Of a stretch of DNA of 64,000 nt, positions 49,191 through 59,260 are shown piece by piece. The position numbers and the translations under genes are program-made. Below the pieces are notes generated by a model that was not told the DNA's origin, did no database searches, and saw only the letters and a program-made list of their open reading frames with translations. Source of the DNA: Escherichia coli (GTDB taxonomy: Bacteria > Pseudomonadota > Gammaproteobacteria > Enterobacterales > Enterobacteriaceae); assembly GCF_024502345.1 (NCBI RefSeq), contig NZ_JALDNN010000001.1; one strand, written 5' to 3'. The stretch's first letter is position 1, and each line of letters opens with the position of its first letter.

Positions 49191-50330
49191 TTAGTACAGA
49201 GAGTGGGTGTTACGTTCAATATCTTCTTTGGTGATACGACCGAACATTTTCCAGTAACACCAGGCGGTGTAGAGCAGAATGATCGGTACCAGAACCACCG
49301 CAACCCAGGTCATGACGTTAAGCGTCAGCTGGCTGGAAGTTGCATCCCACATTGTCAGACTTGCGTTCATCATGGTGCTGGACGGCATCACAAACGGGAA
49401 CATTGCGATACCGGCTGTCAGGATGATGCAGGCCAGCGCCAGGGAGGAGAACACAAACGCCCACGCGGCTTTATCCATACGTGCAGTCAGGATGGTCAGC
49501 AGCGGCAGAACCACACCCAGTGCCGGAATAGCCCACAGAATTGGCGTGTTGTTGAAGTTAACCAGCCATGCGCCAGCTTCACGAACCACTTCTTTATTCA
49601 GTGGGTTAGAGGCTGCGTAATGGTCCATTGTCGATTTCACGACATAACCATCGATACCGTACATCACCCATACGCCAGCCAGTGCGAAACAGACCAGTGT
49701 CACCAGCGCAGCCACCTGAGCCGTTGCACGGGTACGCAGGTGCAGTTCGCCCACGGTACGCATTTGCAGATAGGTTGCGCCCTGAGTAATGATCATCCCT
49801 ACGCTCACCACGCCTGCCAGCAGGCCGAACGGGTTAAGCAACTGGAAGAAGTTACCGGTGTAGTACAGACGCAGATATTCATCAACGTTGAACGGTACGC
49901 CCTGCAACAGGTTACCGAACGCTACACCAATTACCAGCGGCGGAACGAAGCTACCAATGAAGATGCCCCAGTCCCACATGTTACGCCAGCGGGTTTCTTC
50001 AATCTTGGAGCGGTAGTCAAAACCGACCGGACGGAAGAACAAAGACGCCAGCACGAGGATCATCGCCACATAGAAGCCGGAGAACGCAGCGGCATAGACC
50101 ATCGGCCAGGCAGCAAAGAGTGCGCCGCCCGCGGTGATCAGCCAAACCTGGTTACCGTCCCAGTGTGGTGCAATGGAGTTAATCATAATTCGACGCTCGG
50201 TGTCGTTACGACCGAGGAAACGGGTGAGCATGCCCACCCCCATGTCGAAACCGTCAGTGACTGCAAAACCAATCAGCAGAACGCCAACCAGCAGCCACCA
50301 GATAAAACGCAATACTTCATAATCGATCAT
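49191..50330 (-). CDS. cydB: Cytochrome bd-I ubiquinol oxidase subunit II
   Basis: 379 aa polytopic membrane protein. Confidence 0.95.
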   Translation of the reverse strand: MIDYEVLRFIWWLLVGVLLIGFAVTDGFDMGVGMLTRFLGRNDTERRIMINSIAPHWDGNQVWLITAGGALFAAWPMVYAAAFSGFYVAMILVLASLFFRPVGFDYRSKIEETRWRNMWDWGIFIGSFVPPLVIGVAFGNLLQGVPFNVDEYLRLYYTGNFFQLLNPFGLLAGVVSVGMIITQGATYLQMRTVGELHLRTRATAQVAALVTLVCFALAGVWVMYGIDGYVVKSTMDHYAASNPLNKEVVREAGAWLVNFNNTPILWAIPALGVVLPLLTILTARMDKAAWAFVFSSLALACIILTAGIAMFPFVMPSSTMMNASLTMWDATSSQLTLNVMTWVAVVLVPIILLYTAWCYWKMFGRITKEDIERNTHSLY

Positions 50331-50345
50331 TTGACGACTCCTGTC

Positions 50346-51914
50346 TTAGCGTGCCGGCTGAGTAGTCGTGGAAGACTGCTCAAAGTGATAGCGACCGGTT
50401 TTCAGGCTGCTTGGGCCGAGGCGTGCAAACTTGAACATTAAGAACAATTCTGCCACCAGGAACAGGGTATACAGGCCGCAAATCAGCACCATTGAGAAGA
50501 TGAGATCGCCTGCGGTCAGTGACGAGTTCGCCACAGCTGTCGGCAGCACTTCACCGATAGCCCACGGTTGGCGGCCATATTCAGCCACGAACCAGCCCGC
50601 TTCTACAGCAATCCACGGCAGCGGAATACCGTACAGCGCGGCGCGCAGCAGCCATTTTTTCTCGCCAATGCGGTTGCGGATGACACTCCAGAAAGAGAGC
50701 GCGATGATTGCCAGCAGCAGGAAGCCACACGCCACCATGATACGGAACGCGAAGTACAGCGGCGCTACACGCGGAATGGAGTCTTTGGTTGCCTGTTGAA
50801 TCTGCGCTTCAGTCGCATCAGCCACGTTTGGCGTATAGCGTTTCAGCAGCAGACCGTAACCGAGGTCTTTCTTCATGCTATTGAACTGGTCACGAACTGC
50901 CTGGTCGGTAGAACCAGAACGCAGTTGCTCGAGCAGAGAGTACGCCTTCATCCCGTTACGAATGCGTTCTTCATGCTGCACCATCAGTTCTTTCAGGCCG
51001 ATAACTGGAGTATCCACGGAACGCGTTGCAATGATGCCCAGCGCGTAAGGGATCTGGATCGCAAATTTGTTCGTCTCCTCTTCCTGATCAGGAATGCCGA
51101 ACAGAGTAAAGGCAGCAGGCGCAGGTTGCGTTTCCCACTCGGCTTCAATAGCAGCCAGTTTGGTTTTCTGCACGTCGCCCATTTCGTAACCAGATTCATC
51201 ACCCAGAACAATAACAGACAGAACGGCAGCCATACCGAAGCTGGCAGCGATAGCAAAGGAGCGTTTAGCGAAGGCGAAGTCACGACCTTTCAGCATATAC
51301 CATGCGCTGATACCGAGGATGAACATCGCGCCAGTCACATAACCAGACGCTACAGTGTGAACGAATTTCACCTGAGCAACCGGGTTAAGCACCAGCTCGG
51401 AGAAGCTCACCATCTCCATACGCATAGTTTCAAAGTTGAAATCGGACGCGATTGGGTTTTGCATCCAGCCGTTCGCAACCAGAATCCACAGTGCGGACAG
51501 GTTTGAACCGAGCGCCACCAGCCAGGTGACACACATATGCTGAACTTTACCCAGACGATCCCAACCGAAGAAGAACAGACCTACAAAGGTGGATTCGAGG
51601 AAGAAGGCCATCAGACCTTCGATTGCCAGCGGCGCACCGAAGATATCCCCTACATAGTGGGAATAGTAAGACCAGTTAGTCCCGAACTGGAACTCCATGG
51701 TCAGACCGGTAGCCACACCCAGAGCGAAGTTGATACCAAACAACTTGCCCCAGAACTTGGTCATATCTTTATAAATCTGTTTGCCGGAAAGGACGTAGAC
51801 CGTTTCCATAATGGCCAGCAGGAACGCCATACCGAGCGTCAGTGGCACAAAAAGGAAGTGGTACATCGCGGTCAAGGCAAACTGTAAGCGCGACAGTTCG
51901 ACTATATCTAACAT
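50346..51914 (-). CDS. cydA: Cytochrome bd-I ubiquinol oxidase subunit I
   Basis: 522 aa from [15 protein letters not shown]. Confidence 0.95.
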
Positions 51915-52251
51915 CATGACTCCTTGCTCATCGCATGAAGACTCCGAGAGTGAACCCCGTTAGAAAGGGTCACACGCATGCCCCAATACAAAATTATTTG
52001 CTCGCCTCTATCGTTGCCATTTCATCAAAAGAGGAAAAGACAATGATAAAAAAGTTACAAATATGTTAATGAATAAACCAAATTGATCCCGTAATTATAT
52101 TACGCCGCAAAATCCTTACAATAAACAGGTTTTTATTGAGCAAATTTGCATTTTTCGACAGTGATCAATTTATAGCGAAATTGTCACGATCTCACCAATT
52201 TGATCTACGACAATTTATCGTGTTTTGCAGATTTTTTTCAAGAATTAAAAA

Positions 52252-52265
52252 TTGATTTATATCAA
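52252..52265. promoter_or_regulatory. FNR-type box in the cydA upstream region
   Basis: ttgatttatatcaa = TTGAT-N4-ATCAA about 340 bp upstream of cydA. Confidence 0.55.
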
Positions 52266-52719
52266 AACCAACCAAATATGTTAATTATGTATAAACCATA
52301 GATCATTGGTGATTTTATTGTTAATTTATTGTGAAATATTTATGCAACACAATTATTACAATGAAAAGGTATAGATAAAAAACCAGTGTTTTATTTAACA
52401 GAACCGCCCAATCAACTTTTTATAATACCAATTGATTAGAGTAGCCAATTTGTTGCTATTTTACATAACATATTTTTATCAAAGTTAATTGATTGTTGCC
52501 TTTATGAGCACCGACCGTAAGCCCGTTATGTTATTGTTTCATTAGTAATAATCACTTAAATGTATCGATGAAACAGGTATGACTTACCGGGAGTGATTGT
52601 TTCTGAGTGAACAGAGGCCACTTTCGCCTGATAAATGAAAAATGAGCGATTTTTGCAAGTTAGTTTTTCTATAGCCGAGTACGCTCAGCGCCTCGCTTGA
52701 TTACAATGAGGTTGCTGCT

Positions 52720-53664
52720 ATGAGTCCTGATAATATCGGTTCGGCTGTCAATCGCTTCTCAGGTTGGCCATCTAATGATCCTCTAAAAACAGATGAAGAA
52801 TCAATGAAATCACCCGTGACTGTGCAAGTAATAAAGATGATTGCCGCCATCCTTGACCCACATCGGATAGTCGTTGGAATTGATACACTTTATACAACGC
52901 AGCGCGAAACATTTACCTCAGAGAGTCAACAGCTCATTGAATCAGCATTGCAAACACTTCATGTGATGAATTTAAATAATCTGGAAACAAATCGCGATGA
53001 AGAAGGTCACTATCTGGCTTTTGAATATAACGTTGACACCTCTGACAGAATAACCGTTTCTGCTTATAATGAAAAAAAGCCTGGCTGCTATGGCCAATGT
53101 CTTTTAATACAGGATGACGAAACAGACTTATTTAACCTGATAAAAATTAAAATTTTCGAAGCCAGGCATAATTATGTCGCTCAATTGATGAGCGATCCGG
53201 AATTTATGTTCAAATTCAGTTATAGCGCTCAACAAAATAGATTAGAACCTCATCTTCTGGTTCCCGCTTATTTCCCTCTAAAAACAAACGAACCGGTTAC
53301 GCAAGAGGATGTACTGTTACTTTATCGTTTCTTTAAAATGAATGATGATTTTAATAAATTAACATCAGAGGAATACATGAGTATCATGACTCCTCTGATG
53401 AAGTGTGAGCGTAGCGTCCACGACAACAACAGGTATGTGACGGGCAAAGATACCCATCTTCTGGACTATCCTCCTTCTGGTAACCAGATACATTTCCATA
53501 TTTTTCCTGACGAATCAGCAACACTAGTCCTTTATTTTTCAAACAATGACCTTGAATGTTTCGTCTTTGAAAGAGATATTCCTAGCCAGTATCGCTTTTT
53601 CAAAATGTTTACCAATCTGGCACTGGTTATAGATCAGTTAACCGAAGCCAATAAAATACTTTAA
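52720..53664 (+). CDS. Hypothetical protein (314 aa), AT-rich accessory gene, no recognised domain
   Basis: Intact ORF with SD (gagg) 9 nt upstream; visibly AT-rich codon usage; no TM segment, signal peptide or P-loop; Ser/Asn/Pro-rich N-terminus. Confidence 0.6.
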   Translation: MSPDNIGSAVNRFSGWPSNDPLKTDEESMKSPVTVQVIKMIAAILDPHRIVVGIDTLYTTQRETFTSESQQLIESALQTLHVMNLNNLETNRDEEGHYLAFEYNVDTSDRITVSAYNEKKPGCYGQCLLIQDDETDLFNLIKIKIFEARHNYVAQLMSDPEFMFKFSYSAQQNRLEPHLLVPAYFPLKTNEPVTQEDVLLLYRFFKMNDDFNKLTSEEYMSIMTPLMKCERSVHDNNRYVTGKDTHLLDYPPSGNQIHFHIFPDESATLVLYFSNNDLECFVFERDIPSQYRFFKMFTNLALVIDQLTEANKIL

Positions 53665-53744
53665 TTTTCTATATATCCCTATGGCAAATATTGCTAAACA
53701 ATGCCTGGGGATTAATTTTTATTACTCACGGAAAGATTTAAATA

Positions 53745-54167
53745 ATGATACCATCTCAGATCTCTTTCAATACCCTTCCAGTCAATGCAACATACGCTTC
53801 AGAGACAACAGTTGACACACAAAAATTCTCTGACATCCTCTACTCAGCGGGGTGTTCCCTAAAGGATATGGCTTATCTGAGCAGATGTCTGGCATCAATA
53901 CACCCGACTCTCGCCAAAAACATTTATGAAACAGAAAATCTCAGCGATCAAAAATTACTGCATATTGATTGCCGTAGTACAAATGACATCAAGATAAATA
54001 TCTTTTTTGGTCAGCAACGAGAAGGATTAATTGAAATTAGTTCTGACACAGTTATTTTTTCGATACTGTCTTCATTGATTGACTCCGCCATTTCTAAATT
54101 TCAACATCAAAACCCCGTTAACGGTTCAGTTAATCCTGAACTATTGTATAAGGATTATACTGATTAA
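53745..54167 (+). CDS. Hypothetical protein (140 aa), AT-rich accessory gene, no recognised domain
   Basis: Intact ORF 80 bp downstream of the 314 aa ORF, same strand, SD-like ggaaag; Ser/Thr/Asn-rich N-terminus. Confidence 0.55.
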   Translation: MIPSQISFNTLPVNATYASETTVDTQKFSDILYSAGCSLKDMAYLSRCLASIHPTLAKNIYETENLSDQKLLHIDCRSTNDIKINIFFGQQREGLIEISSDTVIFSILSSLIDSAISKFQHQNPVNGSVNPELLYKDYTD

Positions 54168-54714
54168 ACCCACCCAGTCGCGAAAAATGGCCTGCGTTAT
54201 TGCCAGACGTAATAAAACCGTTGATTAACGTTACTCATACTGGTAGCACCTTCATGTACCTCTCTTTTTTACGAAAAATCAAAAGAGCTAACTAAGGTCA
54301 TAATTCGCATGAATCATTAACCATTTGTTATTTTCAACATTATTTTTACATTAAGCAGAAATGAATTGCAGTGAAATTCGACTTAAATCTTATGAAATGC
54401 ATTTACTCATGGCTAAAACCACGTCACAAAAATGCAAATTAGAAGTAGATCACAATTATCTCAATACATTAAATCAAGTTAATTTTAAAAATTTAACATT
54501 CATGTCATTAGTTGACATAACACACTGAATTAACATGGAAATTTAAAAACACACTTTAAACAATCATTTCCCGAAAGACATTTTGAAAATAGATCAATTG
54601 CAACATTACGGTCAGATAAAGACACTCCTGTGATATTAAACCTGTGCCGTTATGAACGGCCATAAATACGACGTGTGTAACTTATTTTACTCTCTGTCTT
54701 ACAAAGGATTACCC

Positions 54715-55164
54715 ATGAAGAAAGCAACACTTGTGATTGGCGTTATTGGCGCGGACTGCCATGCAGTAGGCAATAAAGTTCTGGACCGCGTTTTTAGCAA
54801 CCACGACTTCAGAGTCATTAATCTGGGCGTAATGGTCAGCCAGGACGAATATATTGATGCTGCCATCGAAACTGGCGCTGACGCGATTATCGTCTCCTCT
54901 ATCTATGGGCATGGCGATATCGACTGTCTGGGCATGCGCGAACGCTGCATCGAGCGTGGACTGGGTGACATCCTCCTCTATGTGGGCGGTAACCTGGTGG
55001 TCGGAAAACATGACTTCGCTGACGTGGAAACCAAGTTCAAAGAGATGGGATTTGATCGCGTCTTTGCCCCAAGTCATGACTTAGAAGATGTTTGTCAGCT
55101 GATGGCCCACGATATCAATCAACGTCATGACGTTGATACTCGTATTCTTGAAGAGGCTATCTGA
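54715..55164 (+). CDS. glmS: Glutamate mutase sigma subunit (B12-binding)
   Basis: Cobalamin-binding DxHxxG motif ([10 protein letters not shown]); close match to remembered Clostridium GlmS/MutS; start at MKKATLVIG. Not the GlcN-6-P synthase glmS. Confidence 0.88.
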   Translation: MKKATLVIGVIGADCHAVGNKVLDRVFSNHDFRVINLGVMVSQDEYIDAAIETGADAIIVSSIYGHGDIDCLGMRERCIERGLGDILLYVGGNLVVGKHDFADVETKFKEMGFDRVFAPSHDLEDVCQLMAHDINQRHDVDTRILEEAI

Positions 55165-56552
55165 TGCAAATCGTCTCTGTCGATATTGGATCGACGTGGA
55201 CCAAAGCTGCCCTCTTCACCCGGGAGGGGGACGCGTTAACGTTGGTTAACCACGTACTGACCCCAACCACCACCCATCATCTGGCGAAGGGGTTTTTCTC
55301 CAGCCTGAACCAGGTGTTAAACGTAGATAATGCCCTCCCCCTGTTAAACAGCGGTGAGGTTGCATTGAAGTATTCCTCCTCTGCCAAAGGTGGGCTGGCG
55401 GTTGCCGCAATGGGATTGGTGCCTTCTATCACCCTGGAAACCGCGAAAGTAACCGCTCACTCTGCGGGGGCTAAAATTGCGCAATATTACGCCTACAAGC
55501 TGAACCGCCGTGATATCCAGGCACTGGAAGAAACGCAGCCCGATATTCTCTTGTTCACCGGCGGCACCGACGGCGGAGAAGAAAGCTACGGACTGAATAA
55601 CGCCCGTGTGCTGGCAGAATCCAAACTCGACTGCGCCATTATTTATGCCGGAAACCGGGATATTCAGGACGAGGTGCAGGAGATCCTCGGGCATAAAGAC
55701 CTGACCATCGTCGACAATGTTCTGCCCGATCTTGACCATCCGAACCCTTTAGCCGCACGCCAGGCTATTTGCGACATATTCCTTAAACGCATCGTTAAAG
55801 GGAAAGGGCTGGATGTCATTGTTGATAAAACAGGCGAAGAACCAATGCCGACACCATGGACGGTCTTTGAACTGGTCAAGGCAATCAGTAACGTCGATCA
55901 CAGCTGGAAAGAGTTCATGCTGATCGACATGGGCGGCGCAACCACCGATGTTTATTCCGCCGGTGCCAACACGCTCTCGCCCGACACCGTTTTACACGGC
56001 GTACCGGAACCCTTCGTAAAACGGACGGTGGAAGGCGATCTGGGAATGCGCGTCTCGGCAGTGGTGGTTGGTGAAAGTGCGAAAGAGTTAGTCAATGTGA
56101 ATTTTGCTCAGCAACCCGCACAGCTGGACGCTTTTTATCATTACCTCCGTCATCTAGTCGCTCATCCCGACTACTTACCCGCAAATGCAGAAGAGAAATA
56201 TTTCGATACCGTCCTGGCCGGACTGTGTGTGGGTTATGCCACCGAAAGACATGCGGGCACCAAAAAAGAGGTCTGCACCTGCGTCGGCAATGTCGATTTA
56301 CAGATGGGACGTGACCTGACAACCGTGCGTAAAGTCGTCGGATCCGGCGGATGGCTCTCGCGTGCCAGTCAGTTCGATATGCATCACTGGTTGAAATACC
56401 GCGAGTTAAACGACGACGGTAAACGCATTCTCTTACCGACCGAATTTGAATATTACCGCGATTCCCGGGGGCTATTACCACTGCTGGCAAACGTCGCCAG
56501 AGTCGATCCGCTGGCCGCCGCGCGCACCAGTATTCAATGCTTAACCCTATAA
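55164..56552 (+). CDS. glmL: Glutamate mutase-associated protein GlmL/MutL (actin-like ATPase fold)
   Basis: 462 aa; N-terminal VDIGSTWTKAALF phosphate-1 motif; sits between S and E subunit genes; ATGA overlap with glmS. Confidence 0.8.
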   Translation: MQIVSVDIGSTWTKAALFTREGDALTLVNHVLTPTTTHHLAKGFFSSLNQVLNVDNALPLLNSGEVALKYSSSAKGGLAVAAMGLVPSITLETAKVTAHSAGAKIAQYYAYKLNRRDIQALEETQPDILLFTGGTDGGEESYGLNNARVLAESKLDCAIIYAGNRDIQDEVQEILGHKDLTIVDNVLPDLDHPNPLAARQAICDIFLKRIVKGKGLDVIVDKTGEEPMPTPWTVFELVKAISNVDHSWKEFMLIDMGGATTDVYSAGANTLSPDTVLHGVPEPFVKRTVEGDLGMRVSAVVVGESAKELVNVNFAQQPAQLDAFYHYLRHLVAHPDYLPANAEEKYFDTVLAGLCVGYATERHAGTKKEVCTCVGNVDLQMGRDLTTVRKVVGSGGWLSRASQFDMHHWLKYRELNDDGKRILLPTEFEYYRDSRGLLPLLANVARVDPLAAARTSIQCLTL

Positions 56553-56570
56553 CAATTAAGGCTGCAATCA

Positions 56571-58016
56571 ATGGAACTTCGAAATAAGAAATTAACCCAT
56601 GACGAATTCATGACCGAGCGGCAACAGGTACTGAAAACCTGGGAAACCGGCAAGGATGTTGAAAACTTTGAAGATGGCGTTAAATACCAACAAAACATTC
56701 CTGAGCATAAACGCTTCTCTCATGCCCTGCTGAAAGCAGACAAGGAAGGTAAAACCCTTAGCCAACCGCGCGCAGGTGTGGCGCTGATGGACGAACACAT
56801 CGAACTGCTGAAAACACTACAAGAAGAGTGCGATCTGCTGCCAAGCACCATCGATGCATATACCCGTCTGAATCGGTACGAAGAAGCGGCTGTAGGGATT
56901 AAAAAATCCATCGAAGCCGGAACCTCTAAACTGAACGGTTTACCGGTAGTTAACCATGGTGTCGCAGCTTGCCGTCGCCTCACCGAAACCCTGCAAAAAC
57001 CGCTACAGATCCGCCACGGCACGCCAGATGCGCGTCTGCTGGCTGAAATCTCAATGGCCAGCGGCTTTACCAGTTATGAAGGCGGTGGCATTTCCTACAA
57101 CATTCCGTATGCCAAACGTGTAACGCTGGAAAAATCGATCCGCGACTGGCAGTACTGCGACCGTTTAATGGGGATGTACGAAGAACACGGGATCCGCATC
57201 AACCGCGAACCGTTTGGCCCACTAACGGGTACGCTGATCCCGCCGTTTATCTCGCACTCTATCGCGATAATCGAAGGCTTGCTGGCGCTGGAACAGGGTG
57301 TGAAATCTATCACCGTTGGTTATGGCCAGGTCGGCAGCCTGACGCAGGATGTTGCGGCGATCCAGTCTCTGCGTGAACTTGCACACGAATACTTTCAGAG
57401 CTATGGCTATACCGACTATGAATTAAGTACCGTGTTTCACCAGTGGATGGGCGGCTTTCCGGAAGACGAATCGAAAGCGTTCGCTATTATCTCCTGGGGC
57501 GCAGCCGTCGCGGGGATGTCTGGTGCCACCAAACTCATCACCAAAAGTCCGCACGAAGCCTGGGGCATTCCGACTGCCGCTGCCAACATTCAGGGGCTGA
57601 AAGCCTCCCGCCAGATGCTCAACATGGTCAATGAGCAGAAATTCCCGCCGTGCCCTGCGGTTGAACTGGAAATTGAACTGATTAAGAGCGAGGTTCGCGC
57701 AGTACTGAATAAAGTGTTCGAACTGGGTAATGGTGATATTGCGCGCGGAACGGTGCTGGCATTTGAAGCGGGCGTACTGGATGTGCCGTTTGCGCCAGCC
57801 GCCTGCAACGCGGGCAAAATTCTTCCGGTCCGTGACAACACCGGCGCGATACGCGTACTGGAAGCCGGAGCCGTTCCATTGCCAAAAGATATTCTCGACC
57901 TCCACCACGATTACGTTGCGGAACGCGCACGCTGTGAAGGACGCCAACCGACATTCCAGATGGTTGTAGATGACATCAATGCTGTATCCCACAGTAAATT
58001 AATAGGAAGACCATAA
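56571..58016 (+). CDS. glmE: Glutamate mutase epsilon (catalytic) subunit
   Basis: 481 aa; extensive identity to remembered Clostridium GlmE (LPSTIDAYTR, HGTPD, VFHQWMGGFP, KTPHEA). Confidence 0.9.
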   Translation: MELRNKKLTHDEFMTERQQVLKTWETGKDVENFEDGVKYQQNIPEHKRFSHALLKADKEGKTLSQPRAGVALMDEHIELLKTLQEECDLLPSTIDAYTRLNRYEEAAVGIKKSIEAGTSKLNGLPVVNHGVAACRRLTETLQKPLQIRHGTPDARLLAEISMASGFTSYEGGGISYNIPYAKRVTLEKSIRDWQYCDRLMGMYEEHGIRINREPFGPLTGTLIPPFISHSIAIIEGLLALEQGVKSITVGYGQVGSLTQDVAAIQSLRELAHEYFQSYGYTDYELSTVFHQWMGGFPEDESKAFAIISWGAAVAGMSGATKLITKSPHEAWGIPTAAANIQGLKASRQMLNMVNEQKFPPCPAVELEIELIKSEVRAVLNKVFELGNGDIARGTVLAFEAGVLDVPFAPAACNAGKILPVRDNTGAIRVLEAGAVPLPKDILDLHHDYVAERARCEGRQPTFQMVVDDINAVSHSKLIGRP

Positions 58017-59257
58017 TGAAAATAAAACAGGCCCTGTTCACCGCTGGCTATTCCTCATTCTATTTCGATGACCAGCAGGCGATAAAAAACGGAGCGGGTC
58101 ATGACGGCTTTTTTTATACCGGGGAGCCGGTAACACAGGGGTTTAACGCCGTTCGTCAGGCCGGGGAGTGCGTATCGGTACAGTTGATTCTGGAAAACGG
58201 CGCGGTCGCCGTAGGTGACTGTACTGCCGTACAGTATTCCGGGGCAGGCGGTCGCGATCCACTGTTCCTCGCAGAGCACTTTATTCCGTTCCTCAACGAC
58301 CATATCAAGCCATTACTGGTAGGCCGCGATGTGGATGCTTTCCTGCCGAATGCCCGTTTCTTCGACAAATTGCGTATTGACGGCAACTTGCTGCATACCG
58401 CCGTGCGCTACGGATTATCACAGGCGCTGCTTGATGCTACCGCGCTGGCAACCGGCCGTCTGAAAACTGAAGTGGTCTGTGATGAATGGCAGTTGCCACG
58501 CGTGGCGGAATCCATTCCATTATTTGGTCAGAGCGGCGACGATCGATATATCGCCGTCGATAAGATGATCCTTAAAGGCATCGACGTGCTGCCCCATGCG
58601 CTGATTAATAACGTCGAAGAGAAGCTGGGCTTTAAAGGTGAAAAACTGCGCGAATATGTCCACTGGCTGTCGGATCGCATTCTGAGCAAGCGCACCAGCG
58701 CACGCTACCACCCAACCCTGCACATCGATGTATACGGCACTATCGGTCTGATCTTCGATATGGATCCGCTTCGCTGTGCGCAATACATCGCCAGCCTGGA
58801 AAAAGAAGCGCAAGGCCTGCCGCTCTACATCGAAGGGCCGGTCGATGCCGGTAACAAGCCCGATCAAATTCGCCTGCTGACCGCGATTACCAAAGAGCTG
58901 ACGCGCCTCGGTTCCGGCGTGAAAATTGTGGCCGATGAATGGTGTAACACCTACCAGGATATTGTTGATTTCACTGATGCTGCCAGTTGTCACATGGTGC
59001 AAATCAAAACCCCGGATCTGGGCAGTATTCACAACATCGTCGATGCGGTTCTTTACTGCAACAGCCACAGCATGGAAGCGTACCAGGGCGGCACCTGCAA
59101 TGAAACTGATGTCAGTGCCCGCACCTGTGTCCACGTCGCCCTTGCCGCTCGCCCTATGCGTATGCTGGTAAAACCAGGGATGGGCTTTGACGAAGGCCTC
59201 GATATCGTCTTCAACGAAATGAATCGTACTATCGCGCTGTTGCAGGCTAAGGATTAA
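58016..59257 (+). CDS. mal: 3-methylaspartate ammonia-lyase
   Basis: 413 aa; enolase-superfamily; strong identity to remembered Clostridium MAL (GAGHDGF, VQYSGAGGRDPLFLA, HMVQIKTPDLG); ATGA overlap with glmE. Confidence 0.92.
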   Translation: MKIKQALFTAGYSSFYFDDQQAIKNGAGHDGFFYTGEPVTQGFNAVRQAGECVSVQLILENGAVAVGDCTAVQYSGAGGRDPLFLAEHFIPFLNDHIKPLLVGRDVDAFLPNARFFDKLRIDGNLLHTAVRYGLSQALLDATALATGRLKTEVVCDEWQLPRVAESIPLFGQSGDDRYIAVDKMILKGIDVLPHALINNVEEKLGFKGEKLREYVHWLSDRILSKRTSARYHPTLHIDVYGTIGLIFDMDPLRCAQYIASLEKEAQGLPLYIEGPVDAGNKPDQIRLLTAITKELTRLGSGVKIVADEWCNTYQDIVDFTDAASCHMVQIKTPDLGSIHNIVDAVLYCNSHSMEAYQGGTCNETDVSARTCVHVALAARPMRMLVKPGMGFDEGLDIVFNEMNRTIALLQAKD

Positions 59258-59260
59258 CAA

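Noticed and set aside
49161-51506. Long + strand ORFs (426 aa and 312 aa) rich in His/Arg/Gln
   Set aside because: Antisense to cydB and cydA, which match known proteins end to end; composition typical of the reverse frame of membrane-protein genes.
52720-53664. Possible SopD/EspY-type effector relationship of the 314 aa protein
   Set aside because: Only a short resemblance (RHNY..LMS(P)D and FFK motifs) that I cannot distinguish from chance by eye; kept as a hypothesis to test, not as an annotation.
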